A DNA stretch of 63,799 nucleotides from a virus (lineage: Duplodnaviria; Caudoviricetes). The position numbers and the translations under genes are program-made. Below the pieces are notes generated by a model that was not told the origin of the DNA, searched no databases, and worked only from the letters and a program-made list of their open reading frames with translations. Shown one piece after another: positions 27,261 through 37,481 of this stretch. Position 1 is the first letter of the stretch, and every line of letters begins with the position of its first letter. The stretch lies in IMG/VR virus record IMGVR_UViG_3300020045_002007, positions 1 through 63,799 of that record; one strand, given 5' to 3'.

Positions 27261-28519
27261 CAATATTGTTCCTCAAACTGAACCGTAACGGATACGTTAC
27301 TATTGCCCGTAATAGTTCTAGCGCTCAATGTAAATGAATCTCGGACATTGGCGTACGTTCGTGCCAGCTGTATAATAGAGTTTGTCCCTTGAACACTTGC
27401 AAACCCTCGAGTCTGACCCAGTCCGGCGGTGACAAAGCCATTATAAAGTATCACCCCTCCGGCGAGAGTATTCAACGCCCCCGCATATGTGTCATACTCA
27501 CATTGGGAGTACGTCGTATCCACGTTTGCCGTCGTAATTATACCGCCCGCGCCGAGTGTGATAGTCGGATTGTATCGTATTTCCCAATAGATATCAGCGG
27601 AAGTAAATATAGAAAATGAAAGTAATTTCGTTCGTGCTCTGGCCGTTTTACCATTAAAGGTATCACGCAGACGTCGGGAAGTTAGTGGGCGTAAAGTGGC
27701 GTCAATGGCCTTAGGCGTGAGATAGGCCGCGTATGAAAACGGATATACCGAGCCTTCATCTATACCGCCTTCGGATTCAATTGAAGAACATATAGCGTTG
27801 AGGGCTATATTTGCACCCTCCCCGCCTGAATTAAATACCTCGTAACGCACCGGCAAATCAGCAGTAGCCATGTACACGCTTGGAAATAAGTTCGCGTGTA
27901 CGGACTGATGGGCAATCCACATCTGACCATCTATATCTAACGCGTAACGGACACGCCCTGCGCCCAGCCATTGGAGATCAATGATAAAGATCTGCGTTTT
28001 CGTCCAATCGACCGTTTTACCACTCGGTCCCGTGCCATCAAACTTATCAACATTCCAACTTGTTTGACTTACGGAGGTTTCTATCACTGAACCTGAAACA
28101 TCTGACCGTTCAGCGACGCTAACGCCCGAAGCTGAATATTTAAAGAACAGCCCGTTGCGATCATCATAATATCCGAGCGCCGAATAGGCGGCTCCCGAAG
28201 CCGTTCCGCTAGAATTTAGTACGCCGGTCATCTTTATCAATTGTGACTTGCCAGGCGTATAGCGCCAATACGTCTTGGTCTGGCGAAGTGCTCTAGCACC
28301 TGATGTAGAACTATTAGTAGCTAGAGTGGAGCTATTTGTAATCGAGCTATGAGTCGATGTACCTCCAGATACGGTATACGAATCCCAGACTAACTGATGG
28401 GATGAATACTCCTGAGACATGCCGAATAGCGGAGCGCCCACAGACGTACGCAGCCGCCCAAAGGCATCTAAATTAGCGCCATCTTTATAGGCCGTCTGTT
28501 CAGGACTTATATAGCTCAT
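27260..28519 (-). CDS. virion/tail protein (beta-rich)
   Basis: DAFGRLR...RQT..Y.PGKSQL...DLQWLGAGRVR motifs. Confidence 0.65.
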   Translation of the reverse strand: MSYISPEQTAYKDGANLDAFGRLRTSVGAPLFGMSQEYSSHQLVWDSYTVSGGTSTHSSITNSSTLATNSSTSGARALRQTKTYWRYTPGKSQLIKMTGVLNSSGTASGAAYSALGYYDDRNGLFFKYSASGVSVAERSDVSGSVIETSVSQTSWNVDKFDGTGPSGKTVDWTKTQIFIIDLQWLGAGRVRYALDIDGQMWIAHQSVHANLFPSVYMATADLPVRYEVFNSGGEGANIALNAICSSIESEGGIDEGSVYPFSYAAYLTPKAIDATLRPLTSRRLRDTFNGKTARARTKLLSFSIFTSADIYWEIRYNPTITLGAGGIITTANVDTTYSQCEYDTYAGALNTLAGGVILYNGFVTAGLGQTRGFASVQGTNSIIQLARTYANVRDSFTLSARTITGNSNVSVTVQFEEQY

Positions 28520-28899
28520 ATCATAATCCAGCCAAAAGAGGTCGCCTTGAATCGTAAAGAGGTGCCATAATTATAAACTCGAACTTCAGACGAATCTAAT
28601 ATCAAATCTAGTCCTGAGGATTGAATGATCAGCGTATTGGGTCTAGCATTTTTCATAATCTCTATTTCACGCCCGTTACTCGCGAGCGGAAGGGAGATCG
28701 TGATACTTTTTAGAGTCGTATCAACTAATATGAAATCTTGTTGAAGCGTGACCGTAAAGTTTTCCGATACCGAAAACGCCGGAGACGCGCCCTGTAGCGA
28801 TAGAACCGAGACGTGATCCAAAACTCGATCCGCCGAGTGCCAGTGCTCAAAGCAATCCCCCGCCGAGACCAGAGAGGACTCTTGGAAAGGAGTGATCAT
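28516..28899 (-). CDS. small tail-associated protein
   Basis: ILVDTT...ITISLPLA..GREIEI motif, also seen in tail-fibre domains. Confidence 0.6.
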   Translation of the reverse strand: MITPFQESSLVSAGDCFEHWHSADRVLDHVSVLSLQGASPAFSVSENFTVTLQQDFILVDTTLKSITISLPLASNGREIEIMKNARPNTLIIQSSGLDLILDSSEVRVYNYGTSLRFKATSFGWIMI

Positions 28900-29846
28900 T
28901 ATCGCGCTCTACTCAGAGGCCCGACGGAACCGCCAGACTTCCAGCCGCTATAGCTCGTATCTGATCCAGCGTCCGTCCCCTGACTCTCATTGCTAGAGGA
29001 ACCGCCACTCCACGAACCTGAATCAAAACCTGAACCTGATCCCGTGTTCAATCCACCGTAGTCTACGACGCTGGAACCTGAATCAGACGCGCCTAGGTTG
29101 GGACCAAATCCAGTTACCCCGTACGCATCCCCGACGCTAATGCCTCCCGAGCCTGGACCCGCCGTATTGCCAATTCCTGAGCCACTATAGGTTTGGGTAG
29201 GACTATCAGGAGCTTCTGGCGACCACGACCCGTTACCCCAAAACCCACCATTATATCCCGCATCATAACGCTCGTCAATATCCGAACGCATTGTATCTCT
29301 GAAACCTTGAGCCGTATTAAGTCCGAACAGGTTGGCTAGTCCGTAAGCCATTCCAGCCATAGGATTAATCGCAGAGATAGCTTTACCGATCCCCATATTG
29401 ATCATCTTATCCGTATCAATACCGTTACCGGCTTTTTGACCGACAATGGAACCGATTGTTCCTGCGATCGGACTCGGAACACCTGCGTAATTTAAACCGA
29501 CGGACGCAGCGGCACCCAACCCGCTACTCATCCATCCGGGCAGACCATATCCTTCGGTCGCGAGCATTTCGCTATCTTCGGTAGGAGCCTGATTAAAAGT
29601 CGGGCTAGAAGTCTGCGAAGTACCCCCAATTGAGTCTTGAAAGGGGGATTGGCGTTCGGCTAAGAGCTTCGCATCAGCGAGCGCCTTGGCTTGTGCTTTA
29701 GCGTTATCCGCCGCCGTCTGGCTAAGAGGGCTGGAAGCCTCGTCGTTAGACGAATTCAGCCATGAGTTATAAAGCTGGGACTTAGAAGCCATGGGAGATG
29801 CCAAGCCGCTCCAATACGGTAAACTCCAGCTATACGGAACAGCCAT
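28899..29846 (-). CDS. Gly/Ser-rich putative internal virion protein
   Basis: Low complexity; ends WKSGGSVGPLSRAR; SD AGGAG and own -10 (29877-29882). Confidence 0.65.
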   Translation of the reverse strand: MAVPYSWSLPYWSGLASPMASKSQLYNSWLNSSNDEASSPLSQTAADNAKAQAKALADAKLLAERQSPFQDSIGGTSQTSSPTFNQAPTEDSEMLATEGYGLPGWMSSGLGAAASVGLNYAGVPSPIAGTIGSIVGQKAGNGIDTDKMINMGIGKAISAINPMAGMAYGLANLFGLNTAQGFRDTMRSDIDERYDAGYNGGFWGNGSWSPEAPDSPTQTYSGSGIGNTAGPGSGGISVGDAYGVTGFGPNLGASDSGSSVVDYGGLNTGSGSGFDSGSWSGGSSSNESQGTDAGSDTSYSGWKSGGSVGPLSRAR

Positions 29847-29911
29847 GAAAATCTCCTAAATTACTGATTTCAAGATATTATAGCGCATTACCCTGATTTA
29901 TTAAACCTGTA

Positions 29912-30457
29912 TTATGCTTCAGATATGCCCATGAAAGGGTTGGGGGAAAAGGTCAGCTGAGGTTTGGTGGTGCGGAAATCGCCCCAGAGTTTCCAGCCGA
30001 GGTTGATGCGCAGACACTTCATCGAAGACCCCCAGCGCCGGACGTAGTACCATTGAAAGTACACAGGCCTGCCGCTGCGGATAAGGGTGCGTCGGACGAG
30101 GCCGTTGAGGATCGGTCTATTAGATACCTGAGTATCCCCTATGATTTCTAAGGTATCAGTATTATACACTTTTGCCCCTAGAATGTCAATAGCAAAGCCA
30201 TACATGGAGTTCCGGTAGAGCCAAGTGGTTCGGTTGTACCAACGCTTCCAAGGCTTATCCTCTACCTTGAAGCGACGGTGTTCTTCCTTCCATCCATTAT
30301 CCCCATCAAGGCTATCTCCCGGTGTCTGGAACCACCATAACCACTTGGGTAGCCATCCATCCTCAGAAGCAAAGAGGACAGCTACCGGAGCTAGGAAGTA
30401 ATTCAGGAATGAAACCAGGAGGCTTACTAGGACTAGGATGACGTACTTAAGGTACAT
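29912..30457 (-). CDS. conserved phage protein with N-terminal TM segment
   Basis: WLPKWLWWFQTPGDSLDGD, WLYRN..YGF, RINLGWKL. Confidence 0.7.
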   Translation of the reverse strand: MYLKYVILVLVSLLVSFLNYFLAPVAVLFASEDGWLPKWLWWFQTPGDSLDGDNGWKEEHRRFKVEDKPWKRWYNRTTWLYRNSMYGFAIDILGAKVYNTDTLEIIGDTQVSNRPILNGLVRRTLIRSGRPVYFQWYYVRRWGSSMKCLRINLGWKLWGDFRTTKPQLTFSPNPFMGISEA

Positions 30458-30894
30458 CACAGTGAAGCTGCCAGAACAAATAGGTTGTGCAAATCTTCTT
30501 TACTCACCAGAAGATACTCAGCAAGTACGATTACCGTAGGATGATCTTCCTCAAACGTAGTTGCGAACTCATACCAGTCTTTAATGTCCTGAGTATTCCC
30601 GGCAATTGCAGCCTCCACAGAAGTACGTAGCCCTGCCGCAGTAAGTGCTTGACGAATCTGGCGAGGGGATACGCTGATAGGAGGTATAACTACCGGGTCA
30701 GCCGGTTTAATTCCAGCTTCCACCATAGCAATAAGTTCTGCGTACTCAGCAGCATCATCGCTTAAGTCTTCTCGCAGCATATCCATCTGTACATCGGCGT
30801 AACTATGGCAGCGAACTTGCACATCTTCGGAATCAACCCAAGTGGCTTCGACTGAGTTGGAATCAGGATAGTGAATGACTTGTTTTAAGATCAT
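30457..30894 (-). CDS. tail-fibre assembly-like protein
   Basis: SPRQIRQAL...W.FAT.F....P...LF..A..L; follows tail fibre. Confidence 0.65.
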   Translation of the reverse strand: MILKQVIHYPDSNSVEATWVDSEDVQVRCHSYADVQMDMLREDLSDDAAEYAELIAMVEAGIKPADPVVIPPISVSPRQIRQALTAAGLRTSVEAAIAGNTQDIKDWYEFATTFEEDHPTVIVLAEYLLVSKEDLHNLFVLAASL

Positions 30895-32891
30895 GCTACA
30901 GCTCCTTTGATGACGGCGAAGTTAATAATTACAGCGACCGCAGCAGGGGAGCCGGTCTCATTTTTGACGACAAAGTATATTGTCCCAGCCGAGGCTGCTG
31001 TTCTTACACTGTAGGTAGCGGGGTCATTTGAAGCAGCAATAACTAAATCATTTGCGGATACTAGAGAGTTGCTGCAAGTGAATTGCACTGTCGCTCCAGC
31101 TGCCAGAGAAGCATCATTCATCGTGATCTGACCACATGGTTTATGAAGCGTAACCATAGTTGATTTACTCGTCGCTTGAGTAACTGTTCCACCTGCTCCG
31201 GCTCCGTAGCCTATACCTGCTGGAGCGTTAACAGTGGTGCTCCCAAAGAAGGAAGCCGTCTTGTCATCTTGCAGTGTGAGTATATTTGCAGCGTCGGAGT
31301 TTTGTACTGCGACTACATACGTCGCGGAGGTATTACCAGCCCCCTTAATGTGGCATCTTACAGATGGTGTAACACCAATACCAACATTCCCGCTAGTATC
31401 AATCCGAAGTCTCTCATTGCCTCCTGTGTAGAAGGTCATTGGAAGGAACGAAGCAGCACCAACAACTGTACTATTAAGCCTGACGTCAGTTGCGGTCGCC
31501 GCAAGTCGACCCATAGCTGTATTTGTTACGTCGGAATTGCTATATGCATCATAGCTCGCGTGTGTCCCGGTTCCATTTGGAATAGCTGAAAGTTGTGTAA
31601 TACCGTTAACCGTACTCGTCTGGAACGTCACCCGATTAGCAATAGTTGTATTGCTAAAGTCGCCTGTGATGCGGTTGGCGGTTCCAAGGAAAGTTAAATT
31701 ACCACTATCCGATAAACCTGTAACCGTAGGTGTGGATGTCCAAGTCGGTGTTCCTGCTCCTCCCGAGATCAGTAGCTGTCCAGCGCTTCCAGGTGCGGTA
31801 AAAGCAGTCACGTTCGGGGCAGACTGATAAACTACGGAACCCGACGCCCCACCTGAAAGCGTGTTCGCCGGAGCCGCCGAGGTCTGAGCCAACACCACGT
31901 CGATACCATCACAGTAGATGATAGCTCGGTCGGTTCCGGTTAGTACTACGCTTGTTCCGGTAGCCGTCTTGATAGTAAGCGTGAAGGCGCCCGCATACGC
32001 ACATTGAATGTAATAAACCGCCACGACCGCTGGAACATTTACAATCACGTTTGAAGTCGTCGTGCCGATGAACTGAATCAGTTTGTTCTGAGCCTGAACG
32101 CTCGTCAGCGTGAAGGGGGTTCCGGTAGAAATATCTAACACCAATTTCGTGAATTGAAACTGAGTACTGCGTCCGTGACCGACCGTGACCCACTTCGTGC
32201 CGTTGCACACGAGGAAAGTCGATTCACCCGGTGCGAGGTCTTTAGTCAGTAGCTCATCTACCAATTCTGAACCTGACGGATTGATCGTAATCGCACCCGT
32301 ACCTTGATTAGACAACGAGAATATATAGCCGTTAGTTGCCGTCAGCGCGTCAATCAAGTTCAGCGTTAGTGCGCCCCCGTATGAAATCAGGGTTTTTGCT
32401 CGATCCGTAATCATCAGGCTATACGTGGTCGCCGACAGGCTAACCGCGTCATAATTCTGAGCGAGTTGCGAAGAGATTACTTTCAAGCCCGCACCGGCAA
32501 GCGCTGAAGCATCAGCCACCGTGGTGCTCGAACCCAGGCCGATTACTTCCCAGTCACCTTGAACAGTTGTATTATCTACCAGGTAAATCGCCCGGACTTC
32601 GCCCGTCAGCAACGTACCTATCTGAGTTCCGAGGCTATCTTTCAGGATGATCGTAAATGCGCTCAAGTTGTTGAACATGATAGAGCGCCCGACGGACACT
32701 TCCATCGCTGACGGGAAAGTAATCTCGTAAGCTCCCGAAGCGTATACGTCCAACACATCATACAACAGGTATGTTCCAGAACTTACCTCCGGCCAGTAAA
32801 ACTGTTGATTTGCCGTGAGCGTTACGGCTCCGTACGAGCTATCCGCCGACGGTATCGTCTGTCCGCCAAAAACTTCGGTATACGTAGTCAT
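30891..32891 (-). CDS. tail fibre protein
   Basis: Thr/Gly/Ser-rich; GQLLISGGAG.PTW; ERLRIDTSGNVGIG; GGTVTQATSKST C-terminal domain. Confidence 0.8.
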   Translation of the reverse strand: MTTYTEVFGGQTIPSADSSYGAVTLTANQQFYWPEVSSGTYLLYDVLDVYASGAYEITFPSAMEVSVGRSIMFNNLSAFTIILKDSLGTQIGTLLTGEVRAIYLVDNTTVQGDWEVIGLGSSTTVADASALAGAGLKVISSQLAQNYDAVSLSATTYSLMITDRAKTLISYGGALTLNLIDALTATNGYIFSLSNQGTGAITINPSGSELVDELLTKDLAPGESTFLVCNGTKWVTVGHGRSTQFQFTKLVLDISTGTPFTLTSVQAQNKLIQFIGTTTSNVIVNVPAVVAVYYIQCAYAGAFTLTIKTATGTSVVLTGTDRAIIYCDGIDVVLAQTSAAPANTLSGGASGSVVYQSAPNVTAFTAPGSAGQLLISGGAGTPTWTSTPTVTGLSDSGNLTFLGTANRITGDFSNTTIANRVTFQTSTVNGITQLSAIPNGTGTHASYDAYSNSDVTNTAMGRLAATATDVRLNSTVVGAASFLPMTFYTGGNERLRIDTSGNVGIGVTPSVRCHIKGAGNTSATYVVAVQNSDAANILTLQDDKTASFFGSTTVNAPAGIGYGAGAGGTVTQATSKSTMVTLHKPCGQITMNDASLAAGATVQFTCSNSLVSANDLVIAASNDPATYSVRTAASAGTIYFVVKNETGSPAAVAVIINFAVIKGAVA

Positions 32892-32893
32892 CC

Positions 32894-33523
32894 TTATTCT
32901 CCTGAACGGGACGTAGCGGCTCTGTCCCCACTGATTCGACGAGTTGTTTCTTGAGCAATACCCTGCAACGCCCGGTCATAAAGTGCCTGGAATTCGGCAA
33001 TGCGCTCTGGACGCTTCAAGAACGGTTGAGCTTCCAAAAGCGTCGCGTAGAGCAGAAGTTGGGGCGCGTACTGAGTAATCCAGTTAGTCTGATTGTTTAC
33101 GCTCAGAGGCTCGGGACGCTCATAGTACGCGATTTCGAATTCGTAAGGCAAATCAGGAGTCGGGACGAATAGGTAATGTTCGTATTCGTAATCGGCATAG
33201 TATCGCGGAACAGCCTGCTCAGCAGGGTTAGGCCAAAACGCCCGGCAATAATCGTATGTTCTAGGCTGCAAAAACGCCATAGAGCCACCCGCGAGGACGC
33301 TCAAACTTACGGTCTCGCGCCAACGGCTAGGCTTAGCCATCGTCGCCCCCGAAAGCGTCCCTTTCGCATATTTTTGCAATCCCAATCCGCGGACTTCCGA
33401 CGCCAGGCGGTTTTCAGCCATCATGACGAATCGCGGTATCTGAGTGATGAAAGGGCTATCATTACGCTCGGCGTAAAGGGCTACGTCCGTGAGCAGAGAA
33501 TCATAGGTAAGGGCTTCGCTCAT
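32894..33523 (-). CDS. head-tail adaptor/tail tubular protein
   Basis: TYDSL...IPRFVMMAE.R...PTPD..Y..E..YY...NW....P.LLLYATL.EA.PFLK. Confidence 0.7.
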   Translation of the reverse strand: MSEALTYDSLLTDVALYAERNDSPFITQIPRFVMMAENRLASEVRGLGLQKYAKGTLSGATMAKPSRWRETVSLSVLAGGSMAFLQPRTYDYCRAFWPNPAEQAVPRYYADYEYEHYLFVPTPDLPYEFEIAYYERPEPLSVNNQTNWITQYAPQLLLYATLLEAQPFLKRPERIAEFQALYDRALQGIAQETTRRISGDRAATSRSGE

Positions 33524-33524
33524 T

Positions 33525-33746
33525 TCATTCTACTTTCGCATCAGGTCTAGGATGTTGGAGCGTGATATCTTCAGCTTTGCGAGCGGGTAGTCTCCAAGGG
33601 TCGTAAAGGTCGACGCATTCGGGACAGTACCAGTTTTGATTGTTCGGATCACGCGTTAGCTGATCATAGTAAATCTTTTTCTGGCATCGTCCGCACACCG
33701 CAATCGCGACGGTCCCTTTAGCTCGAACGGGAAGGTAGAGTCCCAT
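33525..33746 (-). CDS. small zinc-binding virion-module protein
   Basis: AVCGRC...CPECVD...PRPD. Confidence 0.7.
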   Translation of the reverse strand: MGLYLPVRAKGTVAIAVCGRCQKKIYYDQLTRDPNNQNWYCPECVDLYDPWRLPARKAEDITLQHPRPDAKVE

Positions 33747-33748
33747 GA

Positions 33749-34732
33749 TTATCGCGAGTACACGCCGATTGAAGGAGTCAGGTAGATCGGAGCACCGTCC
33801 GTTTCGCCCTGCTCAGCTTCAAACACTTGTTTGTCGGACATAGAGACGACCATTTGCGCAAGCGCCGGATCAACCGTCGGGAGTTCAAAACACAACCGTG
33901 CCGCCAGCAGCCAAATCAGTCCATCAAGCCATCGCTGAGGTATATCCAACTGTTGAATCAGGCTACCGACGTCCTGAGGCTGGCGATGAATGAACAGGGT
34001 AAGATGATTCGTAGAGATATCGGGTATCGGCCAAAGCGTGAGTAACGGGGTCAATTTCTTTTCGAAAAAGTAATTGATAGCCGGATGACCTTGCTGGGTC
34101 TTCGCGTTGATAGCCGAATACGTATCGCGACTCCACTGCGTCATCGGGAGGTCGTATAGAGAAGTGGCGACTAGTATGTCCGAAATAACAGGGAAGGGGA
34201 GAAAGCCCTGAACCGTATAATAGGCTTTGTTTTCGATCACCGGAAGATCAAACCAGTAATACTGATCCGCCGCGTAGGTGTTCGAAGCGACTGAAGAAAT
34301 CGTCGTGTAAGTTACGCCCTCGGACGAGTTACCAATCGTAAGAGCGCCCGTATAGGCGGAAGAGAACTTCACGCCAACTCGCAACCCGTTTGCTGAATCA
34401 GTAAGGGAAGCAACTCCACCTCCAACCGTTACTGAGAAAGTCGAACTTGCAAATACAGGTTGAGTATGAACTACATTCAATACGTCAATCGTGCCGGGTG
34501 GCGTAAGGTAAGTCGCCTTACCCGCCTGCAAACCGACCAATACTTTATCAACACACCACAGATTCAATCCTCGATTGCCCAAGTTGAGCAAGAGCATGTA
34601 CAGACATTCTTTGGCAATCAGGATCGTTTCTGGAGTTTGAGCAGAGGGTAGCACCCGCACCCGACGAAACGCATGCTCTATCAGAGAGCTAGTGTCGATT
34701 ACAGTTGAAGCGACGGTTCCGCTAGTGGTCAT
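33749..34732 (-). CDS. head-tail connector/tail tubular protein (P22 gp4-like N-terminus)
   Basis: MTTSGT...LIEHAFRR...NRGLNLW; WPIPD; P.RW...L...LA. Confidence 0.7.
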   Translation of the reverse strand: MTTSGTVASTVIDTSSLIEHAFRRVRVLPSAQTPETILIAKECLYMLLLNLGNRGLNLWCVDKVLVGLQAGKATYLTPPGTIDVLNVVHTQPVFASSTFSVTVGGGVASLTDSANGLRVGVKFSSAYTGALTIGNSSEGVTYTTISSVASNTYAADQYYWFDLPVIENKAYYTVQGFLPFPVISDILVATSLYDLPMTQWSRDTYSAINAKTQQGHPAINYFFEKKLTPLLTLWPIPDISTNHLTLFIHRQPQDVGSLIQQLDIPQRWLDGLIWLLAARLCFELPTVDPALAQMVVSMSDKQVFEAEQGETDGAPIYLTPSIGVYSR

Positions 34733-34741
34733 GCTAACCTC

Positions 34742-35017
34742 TTAGGTGTAAAGGACGATAACTGAGCCTGCCGCCACTACCAGAAACAATCCATTCTTTG
34801 CCGCGACACCTACTGATCCGCCGACGATCGGTGCGATTGCACCAGCCGCGAGCGTTTGCGTGAATATGATCGTGCCGCTCGTACTCGTGCCGTCATAGAT
34901 CGTCACCGCGCCGCCGGTAATCGTCGAAATAACACCGAACAATCCAGCCGGGCCAGTCTTAATCTGTACGCCAGCGGTTACGCCACTAGGGAAATAACCA
35001 ATTTTTTCAGCAGCCAT
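34742..35017 (-). CDS. small virion protein
   Basis: SD GGAGA before ATG 35017; beta-rich. Confidence 0.7.
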   Translation of the reverse strand: MAAEKIGYFPSGVTAGVQIKTGPAGLFGVISTITGGAVTIYDGTSTSGTIIFTQTLAAGAIAPIVGGSVGVAAKNGLFLVVAAGSVIVLYT

Positions 35018-35070
35018 GAGTTTCTCCAAATAATAAGTGAAGAGGTTTCCCCCTCCACCTATAAGGCTAA

Positions 35071-35799
35071 CTAGACCTGGGTAACCCCACACGCGCCGAT
35101 ACGGGTAGCATTCGGGCCACACGCGATAGCTGGAAGAGCAATCGTCGCCACCAGACGCTTGACACCGTCAGCCGCTGAAGCCAGAGTGATATAACCGCGA
35201 ACATCGGTAGTCGATTGGGTAGCAGGAGACGTCACATCCGCCACGGTCACTGCGGCCAGGAGACCAACCGTCGCGTTGTAATTGAACGTGATGTAATCAC
35301 GGCTAGTAACGCGATATGGGAGACCGATCAGATCACTGAAACCTGCATTGATGTTAGTACCTGCAGCGGTAGCGTTGGCATTCGTGATACTGGTAACCGA
35401 CTTGAACATCTTGGTCGAAGTCACGGTGCTCGTATTCGGAGCCGCGAGCGTCTGCGACATCGGCTGACCGTACATATCAAAGCCACTGATCTTGTAGGTC
35501 GCCGTATTGGCGCCGACTGCCGTGATCGTAACCGAACGGGCCACGTCCAGGTTATAGCGAAGCGTACCGTCGCCGTTTGCCGAGGTAGTTACGCCCGTAC
35601 CCGCGACCATCACGAGAGAAGCGCCCGAAGCCACCGCCGCCGTAGTAGACAGGCCAGAGGCTTGAAGCGTGACAGGCACGACGTCGTAAATGTAATTGCG
35701 ACCCATCGGACCTACGCCGAGTTCCATCTCACTCGGACCGTCTGAATTGATTTTGCCCGAATTGACCGGACCCAACATGATATCATCAGAAACTTGCAT
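35071..35799 (-). CDS. virion structural protein (possible head decoration/spike base)
   Basis: SD AAGGAG; follows major capsid gene; Thr/Ala-rich. Confidence 0.7.
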   Translation of the reverse strand: MQVSDDIMLGPVNSGKINSDGPSEMELGVGPMGRNYIYDVVPVTLQASGLSTTAAVASGASLVMVAGTGVTTSANGDGTLRYNLDVARSVTITAVGANTATYKISGFDMYGQPMSQTLAAPNTSTVTSTKMFKSVTSITNANATAAGTNINAGFSDLIGLPYRVTSRDYITFNYNATVGLLAAVTVADVTSPATQSTTDVRGYITLASAADGVKRLVATIALPAIACGPNATRIGACGVTQV

Positions 35800-35838
35800 T
35801 TGAATCTCCTTGTGGCTTGAACCACTCAGGTGAATGTG

Positions 35839-35865
35839 AAAACTCCCCAGCGAAGGCCGGGGAGT
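35839..35865 (-). terminator. intrinsic terminator after major capsid gene
   Basis: Minus strand ACTCCCCGGC-CTTC-GCTGGGGAGT followed by TTT. Confidence 0.75.
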
Positions 35866-35876
35866 AGATTACTACA

Positions 35877-36887
35877 TCAGGTACCCGGAGTACCGAACAT
35901 TGCGCGCCAATCGGTCCAACCCGAACCGAAGCGCATCGTGCTCTTGTAGCGGACGCTGTCGGTCTCGAAGTCGCCTTCCATTGACTTCTCGATCTTGCGA
36001 CGCCACAGGGTCTTCATACCTTCCGACGCATCGGTCTGGACGAACCAGGCAGTGGCCGAGGTGAGACGGGACAGGACGACCACATCCGACAGCATACCCA
36101 TCGACTTGACGGGGTTGAGGTCGTTGTTGTTCGTACCCGCACGCAGCACACTCTTCAGCAGGACTTCGGCCTGGAGCATGTTGCCAGGCGCGACTACCAG
36201 CTTCTTCGGTGTGAGGCGAATCTTCTTACCACGCGGATCAGCCGCTTGACGAATCTGGACCATCATCTGTTCCAGCGACGTTTGCGACAGCGCTGCTGAA
36301 GTAGCCAGCAGGTTGCTAGCCGACGGATCACCAGCCGCAACGGCGAGAGCCGCAGCATGATTGTTGACGCAGAGCGCCGAACCGTCGCCGCCTTGATACG
36401 TACTAGTAAAAGCGCGGTTCAGGTGATTGGCGTGAATCGTTTCCAGCGTCTCGGTCATCGACTGAGCCAGGTGCTTGGAGAAGGTCGAGCCGATACGGAT
36501 GTGATCACCGTCTTCGACCAGCACCTTAGTCAGCGCGAAGGCCAGACCATACACTTCGTACGGATAGCGTTTCACGAACAGCTGACCACCTGCATCATAC
36601 GTAACCGGCGTGCTATCAGGAAGTGCCGGAGCCGAACCCATACCGTACAACATAGGCTCTTCATGATAAGCTCGAGCGATGCCCGGACTCTCGGTGAAGA
36701 TCTGTTTGTACTCGTCAGCGCGTTGGTCGTAGACCCCGTCGAACGCTTGATTGAGGATAGGCTCCACAATCGAACGGAAGTCGGAACTGCGCATGGGAAC
36801 AGCACAAGCGATCAGGCCCGTACGAGCCATGAACATGGTCAGGATTGCGAAGAGGCTTTCAAGGAAGCCAAAGAACATCTTTTTCAT
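35877..36887 (-). CDS. major capsid protein (HK97 fold, Mu gpT-like family) with N-terminal extension
   Basis: PMRSSDFRSIVEPILN..FDGVY, LAFALT...EDG, GDG.AL, GDFETDSVRYK...R...GWTDWR. Confidence 0.85.
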   Translation of the reverse strand: MKKMFFGFLESLFAILTMFMARTGLIACAVPMRSSDFRSIVEPILNQAFDGVYDQRADEYKQIFTESPGIARAYHEEPMLYGMGSAPALPDSTPVTYDAGGQLFVKRYPYEVYGLAFALTKVLVEDGDHIRIGSTFSKHLAQSMTETLETIHANHLNRAFTSTYQGGDGSALCVNNHAAALAVAAGDPSASNLLATSAALSQTSLEQMMVQIRQAADPRGKKIRLTPKKLVVAPGNMLQAEVLLKSVLRAGTNNNDLNPVKSMGMLSDVVVLSRLTSATAWFVQTDASEGMKTLWRRKIEKSMEGDFETDSVRYKSTMRFGSGWTDWRAMFGTPGT

Positions 36888-36897
36888 TTTCAGCCCC

Positions 36898-37467
36898 TTA
36901 GATAGAGTTGACTTCAGTCAACAGTTGGTTCTTGGCGATCTGGACACGGACGATCGTGTAGGCATCACCCCACGCGTTGTCAGCATACGGAGCCAAACCC
37001 ATGATGCGGAAGTTGCCTACCGCAGCCGCGCCCTTGAGGGTGGAGTTCATGTACGAACCCGTCACGCCTGTATTGACGTTGCCGGCAGCGATCACGATAT
37101 CAGCCGAATCGCCGATAGCCGTAACAGCCACCGCGCCACCTGCCTGAATTTCGCATTCCAGAAGCGGATCAAACGGAATAACATACCATTCAATCTGAGT
37201 CACACCCGACAGCGATGCCGGCCAGTAAGCTGAATACGTCGGCTTGCCGGTAGCGTCATTGTAGCGACAACCGTCAAAGATACCATACGCGGCGTCATTG
37301 GCGGCGATGATAGCAGCGATAGCGCCATCACCAGTAAGTTTGACCAAGTCGCCCTTGTAAACGGCGGCGCTCGGAATCGAAGTGAAACCAGACATAACGC
37401 GAGTCCGAATCGTCCCAGAGGGATGATAGACAGCGCGTACGCCCGACGGAGAAGCAAAAGTACTCAT
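36898..37467 (-). CDS. capsid decoration/minor capsid protein
   Basis: P.G.R.VYHPSG...YKGDLVKL...GIFDGC.Y.D; directly upstream of capsid gene. Confidence 0.65.
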   Translation of the reverse strand: MSTFASPSGVRAVYHPSGTIRTRVMSGFTSIPSAAVYKGDLVKLTGDGAIAAIIAANDAAYGIFDGCRYNDATGKPTYSAYWPASLSGVTQIEWYVIPFDPLLECEIQAGGAVAVTAIGDSADIVIAAGNVNTGVTGSYMNSTLKGAAAVGNFRIMGLAPYADNAWGDAYTIVRVQIAKNQLLTEVNSI

Positions 37468-37481
37468 GATCTATTCCTTTA

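Noticed and set aside
35810-35826. GTGG-TTCAAG-CCAC hairpin (minus strand) as a tRNA T-arm
   Set aside because: Six-nucleotide loop and no other tRNA elements; more likely a leader hairpin next to the SD
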